Assembly (NCBI GenBank): GCA_051294375.1
Contig: CM119270.1
Span: 10,622,766-10,686,765 of the forward strand
From: Paraspadella gotoi
Lineage: Eukaryota; Animalia; Chaetognatha
Reading direction: 5' to 3'
DNA: 64,000 nt
The notes under the pieces were generated by a model that worked only from the letters and a program-made list of their open reading frames with translations, did not search any database and was not told the origin of the DNA. Numbering within the stretch: position 1 is the stretch's first letter; each line of letters opens with the position of its first letter. A program made the position numbers and the translations under genes. Positions 46,500 through 60,491 of this stretch are shown here, in pieces.

Positions 46500-47070
46500 T
46501 TACCGTCATATCGGCGGTCGCTCGTCCATTGAGTCGATGGTGATCGGTTGTAGATCCGGTTTTCGGCGTAGGCTTTGTCATTTGGGCAGTAAGGCTTCGA
46601 TGCATTAAGAGTTCGACTGGTGGGGTCCGTTTAGTCATTGAGCGTAGGCATTCGTCATTGAGTCGATGGTGTTCGGTTTAGTCATTGGCGTAGGCTCGTC
46701 ATTGAGGATCGATGGTAAATCGGACTTAGGTTCGTTGGCAGTAAGGCTTTGGGTCATTGGCGTAGGCTTCGGCTCCATGTGAGATCGATGGATGTCATGG
46801 TTTGAGTCCATATGGCGTAGGCCATCGTCAATTGAGTCGATGAGTATCGGCTTAGTCCCGTTGGACGTAGGCCTTTGAAATCATTGGCGTTGGCTTGTCA
46901 TTGAAGTCGATGGTAGTTCGGTTTAGTCGTATGTGCGTAGGCTTCGTCATTGAGGCACGTAAAGCTTCGTCATTAGAGTCGATTGGTGTCGGGTTTAAGT
47001 CGTTGGCGTAGTCTTCGGTCATTGAGCGTGACTTCGTTCATTGAGGTCCGGGTGCGTCATTGGCATTGTC
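46500..47070 (-). repeat. Minisatellite of 18-bp and 27-bp units, possibly a coding repeat (MTKPTP / MTKPNTIDS) on the minus strand
   Basis: Units GTCATTGGCGTAGGCTTC and GTCATTGAGTCGATGGTGTTCGGTTTA alternate; both lengths are multiples of three. Confidence 0.7.
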
Positions 47071-49296
47071 TTCATCACTAATCTACTTAATGCTTGGCTT
47101 TTACTATTTGTATCAATATTGTCGTTTGTCACAGCAATTGGTTTTGTTCTATGCGTTGACTTCATTATGACATTGGATTATTTCCATTGCAATGGCTACA
47201 ATGCAAGAAATCGGCTTGGTCAACCCCATCTACTCCTCGTTCAATAGCGTCATTGACTTTGCCATTGACTAACTCATTAGAATATCCACTTCATCAAGTG
47301 TCTGGTTTCGGTCCTAACCGTCATCATTCCGTCATTCTGCTATCGATGTTGGCGTCGCCCTCGGTCATGGAAGCATTGGCGATAATCAGTCGATTCGTTT
47401 CAAGAAAGGACGCGGCTGGAGGAAAGATAGCGCATTGTAACTTTGAGAGCGTCATTTTTCCAAGTGAGCAGCATGTTTACTTTGTAAGTGACTCAATGAC
47501 GACAAGATCGACCACAAAGGACGACGACAAAGTCGAACGACGGGTGACCTTACAAATGTCACCACTGGTCGAAATCTCACCACACTCAACCGTTTAGTGG
47601 AGGAAAAGTTCCTGCACCCACGTTCCCAAACGCTAATTCTTGTTTTTTTTAATATTTTGGTATTTTCCTTTGTTATGTTTAACCTTTTTCTGTTTGTTAT
47701 GGTTTCAAACCATTACATTAGATTATTTGAATTGCAAAAAAGCTTCTTAATTTTTGACCAAAAAATAATCCATTTTGAAAGTCGCCACAACTTCGCCCTT
47801 TTTTAGTTGCGCACCGCGAAGTACTCGCGAATTACTCTATAAAGTCAACGTTTCGGTCAGTACGGATCGGATCGGGTCCATCGTCGTATGTCTTTCTGTC
47901 GGTCTGTTCCAACTTTCGTTAAAAATGCTCAGAACTTGCATTATATGTTAATTTAAGTATAAATTGGTTGCTCATTTGTCAAGTCAGAAAAAACCATCAA
48001 ATCTAAGAATAAAAAACAAATTCCGATACAGAACGTGTCAGAAATAACACGGGCTAAGAAAGTTATTTGTAGTCATTAGTCATTTCATGTCATTTCGTGT
48101 CATAATCACGAGAAATATCGTGATAAGGCAGTCAACTGCGGCGCAACATATTTGGTATTACGCGTTTCTTGATTTTTCTTTCTTTTCTTCTTTCTTTTTC
48201 TTTCTTTCTTATCTTTCTCTTTCTTCTCTTTCAATTTCTTATCTTGTTCTTTCTTTCTTTCTTTCTTTCTTTCTTTTTTCTTTCCTGTCTTTCTTTCTTT
48301 CATTTTACTCATTTAATATATTCTCTGTTTCTCTTCGTGCCGGTTCTTGCACACCCACTATTCTTTTCCTTTTCTTCTCTCTCCCGGGGTCTCTCTTGCA
48401 TTACTCCCCTAGGAAAATTCTCCTGCAAGAATTCTGTCTCCTCTCCTTGCTTTTAAAATAAAGTTCATCACATGAATCTATGGCGTATCTCACCCTTAGA
48501 GCCAATCCCTCATCTCCGCCAGGCGCTGCTCCCTCACTTTATTCTCTCTCTCTATCTCCCCTTCAATCTNNNNNNNNNNNNNNNNNNNNNNNNNCTGCCC
48601 TTCCTCCTCTTCCCTCTTTCCCTCACCTCCTTCGGGGCTGAGCCTTTTTTCCGGCCCAACGATGATGGTTATAACGCCGATGATGACCCCTGATCGCATT
48701 TTTTCCTTTATTTTCTTTTCTTCTTTTTTCCTTATTTTTTTTCTTTTCTTCTTTTTTCCTCATTTTTTTTCTTTTCCTCCATCCATTTTGGGACCGACGT
48801 TTCCTTCTCTCGAAAGAGTGAGGCGCCACAAAAGCTTCGAGAGACCGAAGACCAGCTTCCACTTTTTCTTTCTGTCAACTTCTTTGTTTTTCTTTCTTTA
48901 TTGTTCTTTCTGTTCTATTCTTCTTTCTTTATTATTTTCACTTTTTTTCTCCGCTATATTCGTTTTCTCGTCACTGTCTCTCCTTTTGATTTGCGTCTCC
49001 TCACTTAGCAAAATTTTTAAACTTATTTTAATAAATTTTGTGCTCCGTGATCATTGTAAATTAATTGTTTTCTTAATCATAGATGATAGCGCATACAACT
49101 ATTACATAAAATAAAAATACCATAACTAAAACAAACAAAACTCTGAAACAAACCCCAAGAGTGAACTTTGAATAGAATAGAATAATAAAGAAAGAGGAAC
49201 CAAATTCGTCTGATAAAATACATCCGATACTGACTACGGACTATGGAACAAAATAAATTTCCGAACAGATGTCAACCTTCTTCTTTTCCCTTTGCC

Positions 49297-49480
49297 GCTG
49301 GGGTGGGGATGTGGCGCATCAGCTATCCCGGGATCTACACGCGGGTTCAATCCTTTCTTACTTGGATCGAAAAAAGAACTCGTGCTCCCCGGGAATCGAG
49401 TGTTTTGGCGCCGAGACCAGTGCGCCGAAGTCAACAATCTCGTTGCGTCTTTCTCCGGATTGCGAGCCCGGCTTGAATAG
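49297..49480 (+). pseudogene. Frameshifted copy of the last exon of the ricin-trypsin gene (likely artefact)
   Basis: Matches 30094-30277 ([22 protein letters not shown]) with frameshifts. Confidence 0.6.
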
Positions 49481-51666
49481 ACCAATGGAAACAAGCTTAA
49501 TGAAATTTAAACAAATAAACGAAACAAGCAATGGAACTGTTACATCTGCCTGCTGTCCTTGTTATCTAAGGACACTTTTAGCTTCAACTTTAAAACCTTT
49601 TTTACGGTCATTTCTTGAAATTAGGGATTTGTTAAGATCATGATTACACAATTTTTTTGCTCTGCACACTGATTGCAAATTTTAGTATTAAGTGTAATTT
49701 TACTGCTCGCATAGCATTTGATTTAGAGTTTTCAATCTTATTAGTGCAATAATAGAGTATTCATAAAACTATAATATTTATAAAATTTTACAGTTGCTAG
49801 GATAAATAGTAGGAGACAAAAAACCATTTAAAATCATTTATATATATATATATATTAATAAAATTCAACAACGACTAGTAAAACTCATTCATGCACAAAT
49901 TGTATATAAAAAAAACCTGCATAAATGAGGGTAATAGAAATGTCAACCAATCACGATTTCTATTCTGTGAATTAAAAAAAGAAAAAAAATCCCTAGAATC
50001 AAAGATAATCAGATAATTGAATTATTTAGAAGAAAAAAGACCATGAAGACCAACGAGTTAATAACAATTTCGGTATTTTCAGGCTCGACTCGAATAACAA
50101 CAACAAAGGGGACAAAATGTAACGAAAAGCGACAAGTGAAATATAAAACTACACAGAAGAAACGAGATTAAGAGGAGCAAGAAAGGGAAAACTGACCTTT
50201 TTCATTAACGTCGTAATTTTCATGGAATCATTGTTTTTAAGGCACAAATGAATTAGTAAAAATAAGATGAATGGTGTAGTCTGAAAATTTAATGAATGAG
50301 TTTTGTGAAAATATTCAAAAAATAACTTAACACGGATTCAAAAGGGAGTGGAATGAAAAGATCAAAACTGATTTTGACTCTGGTAGAAAAATTGGCTGAC
50401 GTTTTTTATTTTTCAACCCCCAGTGGTCCAGTTTCCTTATGTTTTTATTTATGTGCTCCATCAATAGCAGGGTCGAATTTAAAAAAAAAAAATTTGCCAT
50501 TGAACAATAAGAATGTTAAAAGCTTTTTCACAACTAACAATGACAGCCATTTTTATTTTGCTGTTTTTAATAAAATAAAAATTTCAGCATTGAAAAAATT
50601 GAAAAAGAACAATGATCTGGCAACATCCAGTGCTCATTAAACCTTGAAAATATATTAATAAGAAATTTGTTACACGCTCCGAAAACATTTAACAACTAAA
50701 TAAATGTAAAAGAAATTAAAAAATTATTGGCTCAATATTTTTTCACAATGAGTTTAAAATAGAACTATCAAAATAAGAGAAAAAATACTGCAATAAGCTG
50801 CGGAAGTTGTATGATAAAGTAATTAAAATCATTTGTTTATATTAGGAATAATAAACGTCAAGAAATTTTTTACTACATAAAATGAACAAATAATTAATCA
50901 CACATTCAGTCAGTTAAGAGTTATTAACAACTCTTTTCATTTCACTCCCATTTTTGAATGCCGTGTATAAAAAGGCAGAAACGAAATTAACCTATAACTT
51001 TTTTTTTCTAAAAAAAATATGCAATAAACAGACAATCAGATTTAGAGAAGACAGAGACAAACTGAGCAATGAAAGTTATTTTAGGCGACGACGACATACA
51101 AAATAAATCAATCAAGCAGGCTGCCGACAAGCAAAATTTCCAACACAAGCAACATTTGACCAGTACGAATTTGTGGATTGGTGGATCAGTGGGCTGAAGA
51201 CAACTATCGTAATCCATAGCACGCCATGGAAAGGGTTCCCAAGGCTGTGAACCAGACTTGACGGGTTTTTCAGCCCCCGGAGTTTACGGCGTCTCACGCT
51301 TACCCGCAGGTTATGTACCGGATTGGGAATAAAACCCGGTAGCCTTTTACTCAATGTTTCACAACTGGTCAGACTGATGCTTATTGCTTCATATATGGCG
51401 GTAAACTATGCAATGCCGATTACACGATGACGACGTAATGACAATGAGAGAAAGATCTTAACTTGAATTTTGCTTAAATTAAAACTAATTTTAATTTAAA
51501 TTTCCTTTAAAAAAATTTCAAATAAACGAATCTCGAGGCTTATTTAGTATTTCTTCATATTAATTCTCTAAATAAAAGTTACTTTTACTTTCTCCTTTAC
51601 TTTCTTAATAACCGAACGTACGAACCCATCTCGCCAAATCCTTAATCCCTTCCCCAAAATAAAGAC

Positions 51667-54600
51667 TAGAATGCCGCTCAGCGTCAACGCCTCCTACATC
51701 CGGTTTGACCGTCGTCGTCCCATAACGAGGCTACAACCGACCGAATCATCCCCTCGACGCGCTCAACTCTTTTCGTTGCGGGAAAAAATATAGATCAAAA
51801 TATAATATATAGCATGCGATAAAAAAATAAAGATGCTAAAAAGGATAAAAAAAACAGATAGTCTTTAATTTCGTCCGACATTGTCGTTCCGTCGTGTTTT
51901 TGAGGCTCGACGGACGAATCGCACCAAGTCGGTCGAGTCCACGTCCCCGCTCGGGAAGACGTTGCCCGTCTTTGGCGCCCTTTATCGTTTAAAAAATGTT
52001 TTTATATTAAAGTAATAATTTCGTATCTCGTATCTTTTCCAATGATCTCATCACCGGCCAATCAAATCTACCCACCAAGTGACTGCAACAGCCCGTGGAT
52101 TGTCGTAGACCTCTCGACCAAGAGAGGATCGATCTGCTCTTGGTTCATCGTCTCAGATGCCTCCGCGAGTGAGTGCGTGAAGAGTTCGGACCGAAGTCAG
52201 CGGCCATCAAAGAGGCGAGGGAGAGGGTGGAGGATTTCGCGCCTCGTGGACTGAGGACAGATAGAGGGAGAGAAGCTCGGTGTAACCTGGGATTAAAAGG
52301 GACACGGAAGTTGGTAAAGGGGAGCAGGGGGGTTGGGCTCATTTAGCTTAGACTGTATTGGGATATTAAAAAAGTATTCTTGTTCAAATTCATGCTGATT
52401 CCTACAATTTTTCTACAGTAAATAATTCAAATGTTTTTTATATTAAAAGTCGTCTCAAGTGTTTTGAAGCATTTTTTTTTTTTCTTCGCATGCATCCCTT
52501 GCGAGCCGTAGACCAATCAGCGGCTAAGGTTATGCAGCAGTAGCAGCAGCTGTGAACCAACAGGACCTTTAGTTTGCTTTTCACTTTATTGGTGATTTCT
52601 TTTTTCCGTTTAAAACGCCAACAGGTTCGGATATATTTTTTGTGGCGATTAACGAAAAGTCGCTATAAGATCTATCACGTATGCGACTTCTATCCTCATA
52701 GTTTAGTTGATAATTTATTGGTAATTAAACGAACTTTAAACGCGAAATCTTCCCTAAATTGGCGGGTACCGTTGAGGAGTCAACAACCGCCCCACTAAGT
52801 AAAGTCTCCTGTTTTTTTTAATTTTTTTTATTTTATTTTTTTGTTGACTCTTTCTGCCGTTTTGGGATAATAAGTTTAACGCGAATGCTCATCGCCTTTG
52901 ACGAATCTTTTTCGCAGAAATTTATCTCGCTGATCAAAAATGAGTTCGATGGAGAACCCGAGAAAAGTGACAGCCGTTCACGTCTGGCGCAATCACTGTG
53001 GTTCCTCCTATCTTTCCCGGCTTGGTTTCGGTAAGGGAATAGTAAAGTAAAATAAGTAAAATAAGTAATGGCGAATCAATCTTTAGAATCAATCAAATCA
53101 AATAAACTAACTATAAAATGAAACGGCAATCGGACTGAAGCTGAAAGAAGAACTAAAATTTTAGTCAGTTATTTCATCAAACGATCAAGACATTTGCAAA
53201 TAGAATTCCTTTCGCATCACAGGACCACACACGGGGATGGTTCGTCCTTGGCGAGGCGTGGTCTCGTCACGTTTTCCAGTCGGAGACTGTGAAACCAAAT
53301 TGGTTCATCGTCATCTTCACCGTCGCTGGCTACGGCTTCGGCAGAGGCTTCCCCCGACAGCACCAGACGTAAGTTAAGATGATTTAAAACTAAATTGATT
53401 ATCCGCCGTATTCGAGTATTAAATCTTTCTACTCACCATCATCATCCTTTACTATCGTTTGAAAAATTTGGAATATCCTAGTTAGGAACTGAGAATTACA
53501 AATCAGTTGTCTAAAGATCATCGGTAGCGATATCACATCAACTCAATAAAAATTGACGGTTTTTTTTTCATTCATGAAAAAAAATCCTGAAGCCTTTCTC
53601 TGTTGTTGGCTTGGCCGGAGGACTCAATTCCTCTTCATGCTTCGACGTGGAAAACAGAGCTGAGGTTTAGGTGATCAATTCACGTGGTGGGCGAGCCGGT
53701 TTCCGGTTACTTTGCTCAAACGGAACGATGTGAAAGCAAAAAGGAAAGAATTTATCGGAAACGGACGTGGACCTACGACGAAAGAGCGGGGCCTATTTCA
53801 CACGACTTGATTTGGAGAATTTTCGCAATAAATCTAAGAAGAATAAATGCGAATCTGTACTTAAGTTTTCTTTTCATTTGGCAGTTAGTGTGTGTGCAAA
53901 TGTTTGGTCAGTGCTTATAAAATCTGTGATCTTCCGTTGCTTTAAAATTTGTGTTTTAACTTTAGCCTTCAACATCATTAACATTATCATAAACAGTGAG
54001 CAACATTAAACATTAAGTTTTGTTATTGTCAAAATGTTTTTTTACGGTAATAATAAAAAAAACGATCCCTCATTTAAACGCACCAAACAAATTTTCTAAA
54101 AGTATAACAACAACCTGCACTGCCCAGTTGTGGATGAAATCCTTGGCGGGTGCAGTGAGAAGCGGACGGAGTTCGGACGCAAAGAAACTGATCAACCATG
54201 AGAAGAATGAAGTGAGGTGTTGTCCGGACGAAGGATCGAGGAAGTAAGAGTTGTAGCAGAACTGGATGTGTTCAGCGTGGATGTTTGGACGTCTGGTCAG
54301 GTAGGGATGATGACATACGTGATCGTTGACATAATATGAAAATAAATTTTATATTAATAGTATCATATAAACAGAATATATCACAGCTGGCAAGAGTCTC
54401 TGGGCAATTGAAGAGGCAAGAAGAATGGAGTCGTCAGGTTCGTGGTCTCTCCACATCGCTTCTCGCATGTCGAAAAAACATCGCGTGAAGAGTAATGAAT
54501 GCATTCGAATCATTCCACGACCTGAGGATATCAGTCAAACAATCAATCAATCAATCAATCAATGACAATCTTATAAGATCAAAAACAGTGTTAAAAAGCT

Positions 54601-57448
54601 TAACAGCAACAGACAACCCTTTTTACCCTTCAATAAGAGCGATCTGGGTCTTACTTGTTGAGTTGCACGAAAAAGGCTTGAGTGGTTTTGGCGAAATCTG
54701 ATGGAATCCGCGAACGATTTCGTGGGTCATGTTCAAAAGGGTGTACAATAGAGTCCGAACCTAAAGGAAGTGAATGGTAAATATATAATGTGTATATATG
54801 AATGATAATATATGTAGTTGTCACTATTTATTTTGAAAAGAGATTTATTGTTTCATTTACCCCGTGAGCCAATTCTGATGAAACGAAAAATTAATTATAT
54901 GTTAAACTATATGCCAATAAGAAATAATTTATAAAAACCAATTGAAAGAAAAATCTATGTGACTTTTTCACAAAAAGTGCAAAAGCATTGCTTAAAAAAC
55001 TTCTATATAATATCTCTATATATGTAAAGTTGAATGCTCATAACAACCTTGGTCTGCTTACAAACCTTTCAAGCTCTAAATCACCAAAATAAAAAAATAT
55101 TGTATTTTTACCGGTTGGACCTCAGGATAAGCTAAGTGAATATCCCCTCTTATTCTCTGAATCTTGTATGTTTGAAAATTTAAGTTAGAAAAACTTTTAT
55201 GCAGCGGATGTTGTGATTCGCCTGGTTTACTTAATCTGAGCTTAAATTACCAATTTTTTAAATTTGTTTGTCTCTTATATACTTATGCTCTCTCTATCTT
55301 TAGGCTCTCTATATTAGTATCTATGAAGCTAATTAATAGGCAGTTTGAATAGACATCTTCGTCTTCCGAGATAATCTTTTGACTCAAAAAAGCTTATTCT
55401 TGAAATGCTTAGTCACCAGCTAGAACTATTTCAATAATAAGACTGGAGGCATCATTCTCTCAAAAATCAAAAGATTTATGGATCTTAATAGTGTTGTCAA
55501 TATTATTATATTATCTCTATATTATATTATGTTACACAGCCCTTAAAACTTAATACAAATTTATTCACTTGCACTCGAATTTTTACATTATTCATTATCT
55601 GCTCTTATATCTATTTGGCGATTTATATTCTCTATCGTTGTGAAAATAGATTTGAAGTATGTTAATGATAATGATTAAATATAATTTATCATAAAAACGT
55701 CCAAGTAGTTTATATATATATCTTATTTATAAATTATATTCTGAGTAGTCTATATCAATCTCAGTAAGTACTGAGAAGTAGTTTCTCTATTCGATTGATT
55801 TTGGCTCACGGGAAACATTAATTCGTCAAAAAATATTTTTTAATTTAGTACATTTCGATATCTATACTATCTCGTTTGACATTTGTCCCTTTTCCTGACT
55901 GAGTTATGTGAAAAGTGTCTTTTGCATCACAGTGAGCTGAAAAATGGCAAAAAGATCCAAAAACGAGAGAATCCTCGGCGAGTTAATTGTTTTCCTGAAA
56001 TCGGAGAAACTTAAATTGAATCTTGATTAAATTAAGTTATGTATGAAAAATCTCACGCGGGTCCGATCAGATTTGAAGATGTTGCCGATTCGCTGGGCGG
56101 AGTCGATTGTGTGTCTGAAACGGGGCGGAAAGCTGGGCACGACTGGACAAAGGAGCGTCTTCTTCGAACCGCCTCTTGGTTACTGGGAAAGTGAAATGTG
56201 TCGTCAAAGCAATGCTTCAACGAATTCTAAAAGTAGCTGCGCAGCGCGCAAAGCAAGAAAAAAAAAATATTTGGTTAAAAATCGATTTTTTATAATTTAT
56301 TGGTTGAAAATATCTTTTTAAGTAAAAGAGGTAAAAGCTCCTAACTTATATCTCTCTACTTGTTCTGCAAAATCTTCTTTTTCCTCTCAGCAGCTGTCTC
56401 AATCCCCTTCAGAAATCCACTCTTTCCTCATCCCGATCTTTTTCACGCATTTTCGAGTCGACAAACTTGAACAGAATCTTCGACTCTTCACGTGATCGTC
56501 GCATTGGACTCGTAGACGCATTTCCATGTTCTGTATGTAGTTGTTGGATAAAATGTAACTATGACTCTCATCTCTCTTCTCTCTTTTCTCTCCTCTCTCA
56601 TCTCTCCTCTCTCTCTCGTCTCTCTTCTGTCATCGTTTGTTCTCTCTCTTCTTCTTCTCTTCTCTACTCCTCTTCTTATACGCGTTTCGCCTGAAGAAAG
56701 CCCTTGCAAAGATTCACATGTATGATGGTCTGTCTGTATAGTATACTCTCTTATATTGTGTCTTCTTGTCCCACAACCCAGCAGATTCTCTTCTCTCTTT
56801 TGAGTCTGATCTTTTGCGTCCGGCTCGACCGACGACGGGTTCCGGAGTCCCTGCGGGAGTGGCTTCCGGCGTAGTGACGGCTGGAGTGGCTCGAGAGGGG
56901 GAAGACGGTAGGAGTGTCGGAATCGGCGGGCCGTGGTTATCGATAGAGATACATTGGGATAGGACGGGCTAAGAGTGGCAGAGAAATATGGATAATACTT
57001 GTTAAAGGGTAAAAGTTTTTATTTTTTATTATTTTACAACTTTGTACATTAGTATTAGTAAGATATACAGTAGCGATACATTAGAAAAGAAGGTTGTATG
57101 ACAAATTTATGAGTAAAATTACGATAATTTATTGTTGTTAATATACGAAGTAAAACATTTAGTTTAAAAATATAAAAATTTAACTATATTATTTACTTTA
57201 CTTGTTTAGTCACCTCGTTTTATCACCTTTCCTCTAAATCCGCACCGTTCTCATTTGACTATGAGACGCCGTCATCGTCCTCTTCGCGCCGGAGGCGACG
57301 CTTCAGAAGGCGCCCTGGCGCTCTTTTCCTCACCACCAAAAACTTTTCAGCGGCGGGAGAACGTCGTTCCCGGCAGAGATTCCGGCGTTGGCGGCGTCGT
57401 CGGCGCCGACATAGTTCTCGCGAAGCCTTTTTAGCGGTGTTTCGTCAT
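51667..57448 (-). pseudogene. Frameshifted copy of the HR96/NR1J gene (likely artefact)
   Basis: All exons of 32420-37802 recognisable in the same order but broken by many single-base indels. Confidence 0.6.
52940..53733 (+). pseudogene. Frameshifted copy of the nested membrane-protein gene (likely artefact)
   Basis: Colinear with 33577-34333; donors GTAAGG/GTAAGT retained, frames broken by indels. Confidence 0.5.
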
Positions 57449-58381
57449 CGATTCCTCTCCTTTGAAATCTCAATTCTTCGATCTCACGGCCAAAGTCTTG
57501 AAATGGCGCGCCTATTTTAAAAAAATCGGCGGCGCGTGGGGAGGGGTTTTGGAAAGGTTTTTATCAAAGGCACGACCGGGTTGCGTCCGACGCGAGTCGT
57601 CGAGAGAAGAACTAAGGCACAAAAAATTATGAAAATAGAATTGGTAGTATATTGTGAAATAGCATCGGTGAAAATGATTGAGGTAAACGGAAATTTTTTA
57701 AGAAAAATGATATAAAATAATCAACAGCATCAAAAAAGATTAATATTTTTGTATAAAATTTATTATATATATAAATTTTTCATAAAATAGCGTTTTAAGT
57801 TAATGAAGATCAAGACGAAAAGATATAAGTAACCATTTCTGCCCAATAACAGTGGCAAAGCATAATAACGCCTTGACGCTTGTTTATAAATTGAACTATA
57901 AATATTTTTTGTAACGATACTATTTATAGCAAGAGTCTCTTTCTTACAGTAGAAGATCCAAAAGCATACTCTTATTGCAAGAAGAAAAAAAAACAAAAAC
58001 AAAAGGAACATCAATGGCAAATAGTAAAAAACAATAAGCAAAATATGGACAAAACAATTACACAGTTGACTAAATTGCATGATTGTGCTCTGTGCAGCTA
58101 GTGAAACTGCTCTTTAACTTAGTTTAAAGCCGGACGTCAACAGCGGCTGTCAGTTTTCATTGGAATTTTTTTGTGAATGGCATGACGTCATTGCGGGATC
58201 CAAAGCGCGAACTGTTGACGATATCTGACGCTGGAACGGTGACTTCGTCGTGGCTTAGTTTTCGTCAATTTTCGTCAGCTTGCCAATATCCGACAATTCT
58301 TTCTATATTTTCTAACGGTTTTGTCAATCATTGTATGCCATATTTAAATCATTTTATTTTTTTACAAATAACACTTGACGT

Positions 58382-60376
58382 TTAATCTTTTCATCTTTCC
58401 CCGATTTGCGCTCCAAGTTTCGAAGCCAGCGCGGCCAACCCAGCGTTCCTAAACCGGAAGGCGGCGGAAAATATTCCCTCTTCCCTGCGCTGCGCGGCTA
58501 AACGACGACGCTGCGCTGCTAACACCTACTAAGCCGCTTCCTGCATGTCCTCGCCGCGTCAACTGTTGCTTGCTGCAGTTGATGCTGCTGATGAGAGGCC
58601 CGATGCTCTTTCTGCCGCCTTGGCGCTTGCCATCCAATCGCCAGCCGCTTCAGCGGCAGAATCCTTAGGCATCGCCGCTGCCGCTGCCCGCAGGCACACA
58701 CCTTTCGTATTTGGATTCTTTGCCTTCGCAAAGGAACTATTACTTTCCTCGCGTTTTTTGAACAGACTGCTGTTTGCTGTCAGAGATCCTTGAGTCCTAC
58801 GTTTGCTGCAGGAGCACCTTTGGGTGCTTCTAAGTTTTCGCGATGCGTAAATTCGATGCGTCAGATTCCTATCGCACATTTTGATACTTCGTTGTCCTCC
58901 CTAGTCGTCGTCGCCACCCTGGATCGAATAGACTCCCTGCGAGATGCTGTAGTAGTGTTCCTCGCGACCTCGAGATTTCTTCGAGTCTTTCTCTCTCGTC
59001 GTCGTACGACCTCCGACTTTCTCTCCCGTCTCTGCCATCCGTGTTCCCCGCTTCCTCTGCTCCCTCTCCCTCCTCTCCTTCCGCCCATGTCCCTCCTCGA
59101 CTCTCACTTCCTCCGTCTTTCCTCCCCTCCTTCTTCCTTTTCCTCTCTTTTTCCTTTTTCTTTCCTCTCTCCTCTAATTCTCCCTTTCTCTCTCTCATGT
59201 CTCCCTTCGTCCTCTTCCTCCCTCCGCTTCCTTCTCCCTCTTCTCCTTTTCCGCCCTGAGCTTCTCCTCGTCGGGCGGCCTGTTCCCGTCTCGAACTCTT
59301 CCTTGGATTGACGAAGGAACCTTGGATCATCAAGAGCCTCCGTCGTCGGCCTTCCGAGTAAGAATCATGTCGGTCAGGGGTTGGGTTGTCTTGCACTTCA
59401 TGAAATTTTTTGAGGGGTGGGGGACGGGGGAACTTTGGAATATGGTTATTATAAGGTTTATTACCTAAAATAAAATTTGTATGTTTGATTCAAAACAAGG
59501 TCTCGTAGTCTGAAGTCCTTTTTTTTGTGCAGTTTTTTTTTAAATGGTGTTTTAACTGCGGACATATAAAATTCAAAAAAAGGTCATAAATGTATTAAAG
59601 TAACTTTTCTTTAATACACTCTCCTCGCTGCATTCCAAATCGTCCTCACGCAATAATCGCCCGGGATTTGTTCTTGGTTTTGGTTTCTTCTTCTTCTTGT
59701 TCTTCCTTTTTTTTCTTCGCTTCTTCGGGCAGATTTCAGACTCGAGCGCTTGTCCAAACTTCTGATTTCAAGTGTGTTCACAGCTCTCCAATGAAGTTTT
59801 TTCCATTATTGAACCCACACACACCACAGCGCGCCATCAACCAGACCTGCATGATGATTGTTCTCCACCCATGAGCCTCTTGAAGACGATGAGAGTCGCG
59901 GCGGCCTTTTGAAACTATGATCGAACATGCGGTTGCAGTCGTACATCGCGTCTGAGGCCCTGAAGGACGTCCAATCCTTGAGCACGGCCTCCAAGAAATT
60001 GTTCTGCAGGATGCAATGAAAAAAGAATAGAAGGCCACAACATTCTTGGCTCGTTTATACAATGATTTAACTATAATTGTCCAACCCTCTCTGGATGCTC
60101 CAGAAGCGTCCCAAGCAACTTATCTCACACATCTATCTCTACCTGCGTGATCCCTACGTCCTGCCAAGTAGGTCTAAGGAGCACACTCCCACCAATCTCC
60201 TCCGTAGTTTTTTGTGGATTCCTCATTGACTCGGTGGGGATTGCTCCTCGAGGGTCCCGTAGACGAAGGCACTTCTCGTCCATGAAGTTCTCCACGGGAA
60301 CTCGCCACACTTGGGTGACGAGAAAATGCCGAAAGACACCCGTCGAAGGATCCAGTCGTCATACGTCGTCCGCCAT
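58382..60376 (-). pseudogene. Frameshifted copy of CFAP36 (likely artefact)
   Basis: WRVPVENFMDEKC and other CFAP36 segments recur (e.g. ORF 60125-60310) with frameshifts. Confidence 0.6.
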
Positions 60377-60449
60377 AGGCTTGGAGAAGGGGGGGAGGGG
60401 AGAGAGAGAGAGAAGAGACGAGAAATAGAGAGAGAGAGAGGAGAAGAGA

Positions 60450-60491
<42 letters not shown>

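Noticed and set aside
46500-47070. CRISPR-like array
   Set aside because: Eukaryotic context, units are directly tandem with no unique spacers, no cas genes.
51667-60376. Genuine HR96 and CFAP36 paralogues or programmed frameshifting/RNA-editing-dependent genes
   Set aside because: Indels are equally dense in introns and intergenic DNA, matching sequencing error rather than a biological recoding system.
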